Of a DNA stretch of 64,000 nucleotides, positions 1 through 13,799 are shown piece by piece; position 1 is the stretch's first letter, and every line of letters begins with the position of its first letter. This stretch comes from Antechinus flavipes (Eukaryota). Location: positions 612,808,001-612,872,000 of the forward strand of contig NC_067400.1 of the NCBI RefSeq assembly GCF_016432865.1. Reading direction: 5' to 3'. The notes under the pieces are model-generated. The model did no database searches. It was not told the DNA's origin and saw only the letters and a program-made list of their open reading frames with translations. The position numbers were made by a program, and so were the translations under genes.

Positions 1-54
1 CCGAGTGTCTGCGCCTGCGCAAACTCTGGAAAACAGCCCTCGCCTCCGCGCCCG

Positions 55-62
55 TTCCTTTC
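55..62 (+). promoter_or_regulatory. Putative 5'TOP pyrimidine tract / TSS of RPS16
   Basis: TTCCTTTC pyrimidine run followed by GGCGCCGCGCGGGTGAGG, resembling the recalled mammalian RPS16 leader. An ETS/GABP-type ACTTCCGG lies at 261-268 in intron 1, as is common in ribosomal protein genes. Confidence 0.6.
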
Positions 63-172
63 GTGCTTCGGCGCCGCGCGGGTGAGGAGCTCACGTCTCC
101 AGCTTCTGTCGCCGCCGCCACCGCTTCCGCCGCCTCCATCCCTGCTCTGCGCCCGCGTCGCCCATCGACAGC

Positions 173-3566
<3,394 letters not shown>

Positions 3567-3596
3567 GGCAACTGCTACCATTGTGGGGGTTTTTGC

Positions 3597-3602
3597 AATA
3601 AA
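3597..3602 (+). terminator. RPS16 polyadenylation signal
   Basis: AATAAA 31 nt after the TAA stop. Confidence 0.85.
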
Positions 3603-6237
3603 TTTGGTATAAACCTTTTGAGATTTGAGAAGCTTGAATGTGGATGGGACCTCTGTCCTAAAGAGCCAAGCCCTGGATCTGACTCTACCCATGTGGAGGC
3701 TCCAATTTGAAGTAGCGGTTGTTTTCCACAGTCGCCTTCTACATGTGGGTTTGAGTCCTTTCCCCTAGGCCTTAAAAGCCAAAGGCCCAGGTCCTTGCCC
3801 TAAGGAAGCCATCACTTAGGAAATTGCTTGTTCAGTACTATTTACCACATCTTCCTATCTTGATTCTGTTGATTCCCAGGGAGTCGGGGACAAGGGGCAG
3901 GATTAGTCAGGAGAGATAGGAAGTGATGCAGAAATTTGACAACTCGGCTCCATGTAGAAAGGTGAAATGAGCTTTGTGTGTGCTGATGTGCCCCGGAAGG
4001 CCTTGCAGGGCAAGGTTAGAAGAAGGGATTGGTGATGGGCCCAAGGGTCCTTCAGGAAAGATGAGGGCTTGGGCACTGGCTGCAGGCCCCACCTGGCACT
4101 GATCCAAGGAGCATGAGGACACATTTGCCCTTCAGAAGCACAGAGGACAGGAAGGGGAGCCCACTGATGGCTTCTGGATGAAGCCTCTTGAGCTGGTCAG
4201 GGTGCAGGATCTGAGGGCTTGGGTAGATTATCTGATAGGCCCTGAAAGACCTGCCCTTGAAGATTGGTTTTTTGGCAGGGAAGGAGGGAGGGAGGAGACC
4301 CAACCCTCCCAGGGCTAGAAATTTGAATGGGAAGGAAGAGGATGTACGAGACCTAGGGCCAAAGATATTGTGCCCTGGGCAGGTGGCCCTGGACAAGTAG
4401 CATGGATCCGTTGACCTCAGGCTCCTCATCTTTAGAGTTAAGTGGGACCAGCTGATGTCCCTTCCACCTCTGAAGTTCGGGTCCTAAAAGCTCCAGGGGG
4501 AGAACTCTGAGGGCATTTGCCTTCTTGTTTGGCTGAGGGTCCAGCCCCTCACCACCATCACCCTCCGATGGGTTCACTTACCAAGTCCTCCTAGCTCTGA
4601 AATGTCTGCACGTGTTGCCACAGCCATTATTTGGATTTAGGTTGTTGGGTTCAGAAAGAATTGTTACTTAGCTGACTTTAAGAGCCGATCCGGTAACAGG
4701 GACGCGAACCCGATTGCAGATGGGAAAATGACAAATGAGCACTTTCCTACCCGGAAAGGAAAGGTTTTACGAGAGGATGGAAACTGAAAGAGTCTGGGAT
4801 ATGTGCCTTAAATGACTGGAACTAGGTTTCCCAGGGAACCCGGGTAAGGGTAGAAACCCTGCTCCAAGGGAAGCCCTCATTTTCTCACTTGGCACACCTT
4901 TGCGCAGGTGGAAGATAGAGCTCTTTGCCTGTGAGCAGGTTCCTTCCAACCTCAACATCTGGGCCTCCCTGCCGCCTCAGCTTTAGAGGGATGTGGCTTG
5001 CCTCCTCCCTCACCAGGAACAGCTGGGATGCATCTGGGGCTGAATGATTGCCTGTATACCCCAACCCCTCCCCTAGGGGGAGGAGGAAGATGCAAAACAG
5101 AATTCCCCCCCTCCTACTTGCCTTAGTTGAAGGGGGGAGTGGAATGCTGGGAATGCTCCTGACTGGGAGCGTTGGCTGGGAATTTTCCTTCCTTCCCTTG
5201 GATGGCATCCTGGAAAGCCGGGGGCGGGAGAAGCATGGCCTGGGAATAGCCCTTATACGGTAGGTCCCTAGCCCGAGCCTTCCCTCCCCCCTAGCTGCAG
5301 AGGGCTGCAGCCTGTTAGAAGCCATGGGGAGGGAGCCCATCACCCACAGAGCACTGTGTGGGTGGGAACTTCTAATCCTACAGCTGGACTGGATGGAGAG
5401 TCCAGAGAAGGCCCGGATTGTCCGAGTCTCGCCTGTGGGTTTGCGGTAGGCAGAACCTGCAGGCGGAGAAGCCCCGGCTCTGGGGGGAAGACAAGCTCAG
5501 GATTGCCCTTCCTGGGCCAGATGTACCAGCTACTGCCAGGGCTTGGCCCACTTGGACCCAGTCTCAACTGGGGGGGACTAGCAAAGTGGCTTGGACTCGG
5601 GTGTAGGAGTAGGGACTGCCGAGCAGCCCTCCACCCTTAGGCCTGGGAAGCTGGGGGTCCTAAACCATGGGAGGACAGGCCCCTGGCTGGAGTTCCCACA
5701 GCTATTTCTACATCCCGTCCTCAGAAAGCCGCTGCCCGGGGGAGGCTCGCTCCCTGTGTTTCTCATTTCATCCACACCACCCGGTGAAATAGGTACATTT
5801 TACAGATAAGGAAACTGGCAAGTGGCGAGACTTGGGGGTCAGGGGCGCTATCTGAACTTGCGGCATGTGATCTGGAAGGAAAGGAAGGCCATTCAAAGGC
5901 CCATTCTGGACTGAAAGAACCAAATCTCCCTGAGCTCCAGAGGACCCGGAAGTGATTGTTTTTGGAGTTGGAGCCCCTGGCTTTGCCCCTTTGGGCTCTG
6001 AAGACTCCAAGGCACTGATCTTCAGAGATGGGCTCCTGCCCAACCAGTACACTCAGGCTCCTGAATTGTTCCCAGGCTTCAAACCCACAAGGTCTCTGGC
6101 CCCCGTCCAGCTCTTCCCACTAGACCAGGTTTCAGGCTTCCCAGGAGTCGAGTCTCTGCCCTTGGACCAGGAGCTTCCCCAAAGCACATACCGTGTCCCC
6201 CATATCCAGCCACTAAAAATGAAAGAGCTTCAATCCA

Positions 6238-6243
6238 TTTATT
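6238..6243 (-). terminator. PLEKHG2 polyadenylation signal
   Basis: TTTATT on plus = AATAAA on minus, ~460 nt past the stop, followed by T-rich sequence on the minus strand. Confidence 0.7.
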
Positions 6244-6705
6244 GGGGGGTTGGGGACCTTGTGTTTCTGGAGAGAAAGTGAGGGGCTGGGATCAGTGCTG
6301 CATAGAGAGGGGCTTGGGAGTTAGGGAGCACTGCCCCTTCAAGGTTAGGTGAAATATGGGGTATTTCTTTCCCAGATCCCCAAGCCCCCACGCCCTTCGG
6401 AGAACTCCCTTTCCCACAGAGTTTTGAGAGGAGTGGGATGGACAGTATTTGGATGGAGCTGTACAAGAGAAAACACCCCCATGTGCAAACATAGAAAATA
6501 ACATTAATTATTAATAACATTAAAGGCAGCCCCCTGTGGGTTTTCAAAGCACTTGATGGGCCCAGCAGACCTCTGTACGGACACCTGGGGCGTGGCCAGG
6601 AACCTGAGGCTCCAAGCCCGCTCCAGAGCAGGCCCCGAATGTCCAGATCCTCACAGGCCCTTCGATAGCTTCAAGTCTTTTTGGAGAGCCCCGCCCTGCC
6701 TCAGC

Positions 6706-9700
6706 TCACGTTCTAGGGGCGCCCTCAGCAGCGCCCTGCACCCGCCGCTGGCCCGGGAGGTCCAGGGAGGCCAGCAGAGGGGCGTGATTCAGGCGGACCT
6801 GGGCCTTGGCCGGACCCAGCCTGCCCCCTCCCCCCACTCGGATGCTGACGGTGGTAGAGTAGCTGGGCCGCGCCACGGGGGGTGGTGACGGGGCTCGGGA
6901 CGAGGGGGCCGAGGCCCAGGACCCCCGGGCTGGGGAGGGCCTCCAGGCCGCGGGAGCCTCCCCTTCTGGGACCCCCGCCCCTCTCCTTGCCAGACTCTGG
7001 CTGATGCAAGAAGCGGCCAGGTACCTGGACAAGGCGGCTGCACTTGACCCCAAGAGCTGGCGCCCCTGGGGAGGCAGGCTTGGGGCTGGGGGAGGGGGCG
7101 GGGCTTCGGGGGCTGGCTGAACAGCCTCTGGAACAGGGAGGTTCCAGGCTTCCTCCCCGGGGACCTCGGCCTCTAGGAGCCCACCGGCCTCAGCGGGGAG
7201 ATGCTTTCCAGCGGGGGGAGGCTCAGGCCTCTGGGTGGCCAGCGGGGCGGTGGCCTGGGATCGCAGCGCCGGGACCAGAGCCACAGAGGCCTGCGCACAG
7301 GCCATGGGGAAGTTCACCTCCCGGACTAGGACGTGGCCAAAAGCAGGCAGAGGCCCTGAGGGAGAGAGCCAGAGGAGGAGTCACCTTCCCCCTTTCCTCC
7401 ACCTCCCTCCGCCGCCCCGGCCTTCACCTGCCTCCCACCCAAGGCTTACCGGGCTGAAGTTCCTCCTCCTCCTCTGGGGGGGCCAGGAGCTGGTGCGAGT
7501 GCACCAGGCCCCGGGCTCTCCTCCGGGAGCCGGCGCCAGACGCCTGGTTCCCGGCCCTCTGGAGTCTCTCGATGCGGTCGCTGTACATCCGGGCTAGCTC
7601 GCGCACCCGCGTGGCCACCCTCTCCGAGCCAGCGGCCCCCCCGGGGCCGTCCCCGTTCCTGCTCCCATCGCCGCCCCCCAGGAGCTGGGACAGGGAGCCC
7701 ACTCTGCAGCCGGCCCTGAAATCGGACTCTTCCAGGATGAGCAAGGGCTCCAGCATGGCGCCCTGGGAGCCCCTCGCCTCCAGGGCCTGCCAGGCTCTCC
7801 GGATCTCCGAGCAGGAGTGGAACTCGGCAGTCTCTAAACTCTCAGGCTTGGTGGGAGAGCTGGGAGACGGCCGCCCTTCTTCGCCTCCTCCTCCTCCTCC
7901 TCCTCCTCCTCCTCCTCCTCTTCCTCCTCCTCCGTCCAAGACGACTGGCTCTCCTGTCTGGACTGGGCTCCATCGTCCGCCTTTTCCGACGGGGCTGGCG
8001 TCGCTGACGGAGCAGCCTCCGAATCCCCCTCCTGAGCCGAGGCCTCGGAGCAAGGCTCCCCTTGTCCCGAGGGGGGCTCGGGGGTCCTGGGACCGGGCTC
8101 ACAGCTGGGCATTGGGGGAGCGTCAGAAACTGCCGCAGTTCCGGGGATTTCGGAGCTGCCGCAAACGTCCGTGTCGTCCGGCCTCTCGAGGACGTGGAGG
8201 GGGGACGACCGCTGGTCTTTCGGCCGTGTCCCCTCCTCTTCTTCAGAGGACTCGCCACTTAACCGGGCCGGGCTCTCAGGGCCAACGTTCCCACGATGAT
8301 TTGGAGACGAGGGCTCCCCCTGGAATCTGGGGGCTTCAGGAACTTCCAGCGGGGAAAGCTGGAGAAAGGAGAGGGAAAAGGTCAGGGCCGGACAGCTGGT
8401 CCTCGGAGGTACGGGTCCCGAATCCGGGTCGTCTCAGCCACCACCAGCCCCGGCAAGGACCCAGGGGCTGCCATGGGCTCACCCCGGGTTCCTGGAGACC
8501 TCTCTGGGTCAGCAGCTCCATGATCTCCTCGGTGATCGAGAGCCCCGGGGGGCCCAGGGTAGGGGGAGCCGGCTCCTCCACGTCTTCGGGGGCTCCTGAG
8601 GCCGGGGCCGGCTCCGGGGCCTTGCAGAGGGACTGCGACATCGGGAACAGCTCCCCCTCGCTGCCGGCGTGCTACAGGGGTGAACAGTGAGACCGCGGGC
8701 CACAGCCAGGGGCCCAGGGCCCAGCCCCCCCGCCCCCCGGAGCACAGCCGCCTCTCTTACCTTGAGCCTGGATCCAGCTGGAGGGGGGCCGAGGAGAGAA
8801 GAAAAAGGTTAGGAAGCCCCTGGATGGCTGCTCGGGCCCAAGCCCAGCCCCGCTAGAAGTGGGGACAAGGGACAGACACGCTCACACACACTCACAGACA
8901 CAATCACACACACACACACACACACAGGAACCAGCCCCAGAGGAGGCCCTGGGGGACACACTGACCGATCTTCGCAAACATGAGGTGACACTCCTTTGCT
9001 GGCTCTGTGGGGGTGGGTGGGGTGAGATGAGTGACCGGGGGCTAGCTGCACCCCCACCGTCCCTATCCCCGCCCAACCCCGGGCCCCCCACTTACCGGAC
9101 TGCCTCCGGCCTCGGCGGCCCGGGGAGGCCCCCGCGGGGCTGGTCAGAGACGGGGAGGGGTCTGTGGGGAAGAAGGAGCCGCTCATCCTCTGCCTTACTG
9201 CTCTCCCCTCCCCCCCTTAATCAGGTCCCACTGAGGGACGGGCCCATGGGAGGCCGGGCCCTCGGATCCGGGGGAGACCAGGGTGGGGCCGGGTGCTGCT
9301 GGAGGAAGGCTGGTGGGCCAGCCGCCCGAGCGCTCTCTACCTGTCTTCCTTCGTCCGCTGAAGTTTCGGCCCTCGGGGAGGCGGGGGGATCCGAGTGGGG
9401 GTGTCAGAGGCTCACAGCTGGGCTGGCCTTCAGGGGCACCTGCAGAGGCAGCTGGGGAGTCAGGGCCCCACGGCCTCCCACACAGGTCTCCTTTATCCCT
9501 CCCCGCCCCCCTCCTCCAGGGGGATTGGGGAGAGTCAAGTTTCTCACTCACAGTGGAAAGTGTTTTCCAAGAGGACTTGCTTTGCCTGAAAGAGAGAGAA
9601 GGGGCTGCAGAGGGGGCTGCAGAGGGGGCTCCCCGGGGGCTCCGGGCAGAGCCAGGGGCTGGCTGGGCTGGGGCAGGGTGGGTAGAGACCGTCTCACCTT

Positions 9701-12700
9701 AGCGGGGATGGACGCTGGGTGGTTTTCCACTATTAAGCGCTGCAGGTAATGGAGCCACAGGCGTTTCTCCTCATGGTTCTTGGCCTGGGGTGTGGGGTTC
9801 AGGGGAAGAGACAGATAAGGGCCAGGGCTCTGGGAGGCACCTGGAACCGAGGCTCTCAGAGGAGCCGGGCCCAGCACCTGGAGCTGGGGATCTTGGAGGA
9901 GCTGAGCCCAGAACCTGGGGCTGGGGCTCTGGGAGGCACCTGGAACCGAGGCTCTCGGAGGAGCCAGGCCCAGCACCTGGAGCTGGGGATCTTGGAGGAG
10001 CCGGGCCCAGCACCCGCGCCCCGAGGTCTCTGTTACCTGCAGCAGGTGCTGGTGCTTTGGGATGGTCACATCCGCCACCTTGAAGCTCAGAGGATCTTTG
10101 GGACTCTCGCTCACCGACAGGTTACAGCACTGGAGGGTTAGGGGAGAGGTGATGGGAGGAAGCCTGGCTCCCAGAGCTAGCCTCCAGGCCCCCAGCCCCC
10201 CCTTGTCCTTAGCTTCCCACCCCTGAGAATGGCTCGCCTCCTTCCACCCTCCTAACCCAAAGGTGTCTGGGTCTCCAGCCCCCCACCTCTCAGGGCCTCA
10301 GCTCTGGCCTGCTGGGCCCTTTCTGCCCAGTTCCCGCGTCCCCCCGCCCGGGGGAAGCCCCTGACTCACAAAGATGTGCCCCTTGTAATTGTAGCCGGGC
10401 CCTCGTCTTTTGGCCACCAGGAGCATTCGGGAGAAGAGGAAGAGGAGGCGCTGGCCCCCTCGAAGCCGAGGGCCGCCCCCGCCTCGGAACACGCCCTCCA
10501 GGACCAGCTCCCCAAAGGCGCTCAGCTCCGGGCCCCCCCAGCCTCCCAACCGCCGCTGCACTTCCTGCAGGACATGGAGACACACAGGGGCGTGCACTGA
10601 GGGGGGTCCGCGGCAGGGGCCAGGAATAGGAGCGGCTCCGGCCTCGGGCTCCCCGGGGGGCCCCAAGCCCCAGGCCCACCTGCAGACGAGCTGCGTGCTC
10701 CTGCTTCCTCTTCATGTCATTGATGTACCAAGCCACAGCTGTCATGGACACGATGGCGTCTTCCACCACCTCTCGGCCCCCAGGCCCTTGCTCGGCCCCG
10801 GCTCCCTCCGGCCAGTGCTTGCCCAGCTCCTGAAGTCGCAGGGGGAGGGGGAGGAAGGAAGGAAATGGGCCGCGGAGGCTCCCTGCTCGGCCCCCGTCTC
10901 TGCCCGCTTGTCTCCCTCTGCTTCAGCCTCTGCGCGTCCCTGGCTCTGGACTCCTGGTTCCTGTCTTCCCCAGGGACTGCAGGTCCAAGGCTAGCCCGCC
11001 AGTCGGCCAAGGCTCCGGTTTTCCCTTCCCCAGCCCCGCTCCTGGGCCCTGCCCACTGGGGGGTCTTACGGAATGAAATCTCTCCGACGAGACCACCCTC
11101 CAACGGCCGGCCCTGCCCTTCGCTTGGGTTCTCTCCCCGACCCCTGCCCCCTGGAGGGCGCCCCGATTCTCCCCAACGACGGGGGCCCCCGGGGCCAAGT
11201 CTGCACCTGCAGTAGGAGGTGATACTTCAGGATTCTCTGGACGGGTTTGAGGAGGAAGCTCTGCAGGGGCAGCGAATGGCGGAGCTGGGCCTGGCGTTCC
11301 TGGAGCCACTGGGCCACCGGAGGGCAGAGGGACAGGTCCCGGAGTAAGGCCATCGAGCTGGGGAGGGGCAGAAGTCAGAGGGCTTCCCAGGGAGCTGGGG
11401 AGCCCCTGGTGGGGCTAGAGCACGGACTGGCCGGCCTTTCAGCAGCAGCAATCAAGCGTCGTGCAGGGTCAGGGAAGGAAAACCCGGCGCTTGGAGGTCA
11501 AGGAGGCCCAAAAGGAGCCGGGGGAGGGCGAATGGGCGTACCTCGGGTAGTTCATACAGTAGAGGGTGTAGATGTCAAACTCTTCGCTCTGTGGGCAATG
11601 AGAGTGTCAGCAGGGCAGCCGGGGGTCTGGCTGCCCTCCCCCCCCCCGGGCGCCCAGAAGTGCCCCGACTCCCAGGGAGGGGGTCCCTGCGCCTGCCCGA
11701 CGCTCACCCTCTGCACAAAGCAGTCTGCGATGCCGTGGGCGCTGCTACTGTTCTCCAGGTCTTCCAAGAGTTCACTGTGGGGCAGGGAAGGGCCAGTCAT
11801 AACAGGAACTCCAGGTTGTGACACAAGGCCCCCTTAGCCTTCTCTCCTTAAGTCCGGGAGCCCTCAGTACCCCCCTATTCAGCGCGCAGCCATGCCTCAG
11901 ATCCCATCCCCTGGCACTGCAGCAAGAGTCAATGATACCCGCTGCCCCAGATCCAGGGCCCAGGACTTCAGGTTTCAGAGGCGACAGAGTCCTGGGAAGG
12001 GGGGACTTGTGGAAAGGCCATTTATAAGGGCCCTGATGGAGCTCCCCTTCCCCCAACCCAGCATGGTGGCTCGCGTGTAGAATAAAACCAGGAAGATTTC
12101 CCTTCAAATCCTGCCTCAGACATTTTGCAGCTGGGAGACCCTGAGGAAACCAATGACTGTCTTGAGCCATTTTCTTATCTGTGAAATGCAGCGGGATCTG
12201 GGATCTGGTGTGGGGTCTGGCTTCCCGGCACCGTTAAGTGGGGAGAGGGAGAACGGGATAGAAAAGGGAAGCTCCATCCAGGGACCCACCCGATGAGTGT
12301 CTACACAGTTGCTACCCATCTGGGTCCCTTCTGACCTGCTAAACTCGTAGATATCTTCGATGTTGGAGAAGAGGGTCCCGAGATGTTCTGGATTCAGCCC
12401 GGGGGGGCCATTGGCCACCAGACAGCCCAGGTAATCCTGCGGGGAAGAAACTCGGCTCTCCCAATTCCCTTGTCCCCAAGCCCAGGGGCAGGAATCAGAG
12501 GTGAAGGAAAGCGGGGGGTTAGGGGGCATGGGACGGAGCGAGCTCCTGGGAGAATTAAATCAGAAAAGATTTCTGGGGGACCCGGATGGGCACTAGATTT
12601 GGGGAGTCTGAGGAAGGACCTCCTCACCTCCACGATGCTCCTCAGGTCCCTCACGTAAGCCCGCTCGGTCTCCACGATTTCCCGGACCACACGCTCCAGG

Positions 12701-12912
12701 TGGGAGGGCTTCTTGGTCCCTTGCCCTGGCTCCCCTCGAGGCCCCACCGGAGTCAGGTGCAGCTGAATGGGCGGGCCTGGTGGGGGCTCCAAGGCTGGCA
12801 CAGGACAGGCCTGGCTGGAGCTGGGGCCTGGGCTGGGGCCTGCATGAGGCTCCCCCTCAGAGCCCACCGTACTCAGGGATGTAGAGCTCCCAGATCCTCG
12901 GGGGGAGGCCAT
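6706..12912 (-). CDS. PLEKHG2: Pleckstrin homology and RhoGEF domain-containing G2 (DH-PH RhoGEF), 17 coding exons, with an apparent 1-nt frameshift in the penultimate exon
   Basis: Exons (minus): 12912-12628 (acceptor 12932), 12436-12336, 11774-11708, 11588-11542, 11357-11207, 10829-10680, 10564-10370, 10129-10037, 9784-9698, 9585-9552, 9439-9341, 9161-9096, 9004-8966, 8777-8761, 8671-8483, 8358-7450, 7355-6706. All GT-AG with consistent phases. Motifs: [44 protein letters not shown]...[32 protein letters not shown]...[14 protein letters not shown]-terminal [11 protein letters not shown] and KAQVRLNH. Sum is 3179 nt, one base short of frame. The true start could lie in an unresolved upstream exon. 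Confidence 0.93.
7885..7932 (-). repeat. (GAG)n coding trinucleotide repeat encoding 16 Glu
   Basis: (CCT)n/(CTC)n on plus with a single GAA interruption on minus. Confidence 0.95.
8882..8925. repeat. Imperfect (CA)n microsatellite in a PLEKHG2 intron
   Basis: ctcacacacactcacagacacaatcacacacacacacacacaca. Confidence 0.9.
9825..10001. repeat. Direct duplication (~77-nt core, 99-nt period) in a PLEKHG2 intron
   Basis: GGGCTCTGGGAGGCACCTGGAACCGAGGCTCTC...CTTGGAGGAGC at 9825 and 9924 with very few mismatches. Confidence 0.92.
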
Positions 12913-13289
12913 GGGCAGGGCCGGGGGGAGTCCTGTGGGAAGGAGAGGCCAGGCTAGACTCGGCAGCAGGGCCCCCTCAGCCCCTTCCAAACCAGCCGGA
13001 ACACAAACACCCTTCCCGCACCTCGATGGCTACACCCGGGGCTTGGGGTCGGGCTGGGCTTGGTGAGACTCAGGCGGTGGGCTCCCTCAGGCATGACTGG
13101 CAGATCTCAAAGCACCGTCCTGGGGGTGCAGAAAGGAGAGAGGCCACTGGCAGGGGGAGTGCAGGGACGGTTAGCAACACCCACAGGTTTGGGGACCCCC
13201 CCACTCGCCCCCCCAGTCAGGGGCTCTCCCAGAGTCAGGCCTTTGCAAGGGGAGAAACCTGTCTGGCAGAAGAAAGGGACCAGAGATAG

Positions 13290-13660
13290 ACCGTGAGAAG
13301 CAGAGTCTGAGGGAAAGAGGGAGAGCCGGAGAGGGGGAAAGGAAGGGACAGATATGAGAAGGGAAGGGAGAGAGGAGGGGAGAAGAGAGAGAGAGAGAGA
13401 GAGACAGACACGGAAAAACAGAGAGACCCAGAGCCATGGAAAAGGAAAGGGAAAATGAAAGAGACTGAGAGACAGTGGAAGATTTCTATTTTCTGTCTTG
13501 CCGTCCCTCGGAGGAGAGAGAGAAGAGAGGAAAAGAGAAAGAGAAGAGAGAGGAGAGGAGGGAGGGAGGGAGGCGATGTGTGTCTGAGGGGAGGGGCTGG
13601 GAAAGGCTGCGGGGGCGGGAGCCTTGGAGGGTCCCAAGGGGAAAGGAGAAGAGGAGGCTG
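13290..13660. repeat. GA-rich polypurine low-complexity tract upstream of the first PLEKHG2 coding exon
   Basis: Long AG/GGA-rich stretch including (GA)n around 13381-13405. Confidence 0.8.
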
Positions 13661-13799
13661 GAAGGCAGGATGCCAGGGTCCCAGCTGAGCCTTCCCCCTT
13701 CCACCCCTCGGTCGGTGTCTGTCTCGGTCCCTCTCCCTCCCTCCGCCTCAGTGTCTCCTCCTGTCTATTTCTGGGCTGTGAGAAGGGAACACAACTCCC

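Noticed and set aside
6769-6786. CTCF-like motifs at 6771 and ~27805
   Set aside because: The G-run is one base too long or too short for the core spacing.
7572-8690. 372-aa plus-strand ORF with poly-Pro, antisense to PLEKHG2
   Set aside because: Antisense read of the (GAG)n-containing exon; GC-driven open frame.
9825-10001. Repeat arrays as CRISPR-like structures (also 31460-31940, 63735-64000)
   Set aside because: No constant repeat with unique spacers and no cas genes; these are vertebrate minisatellites or duplications.
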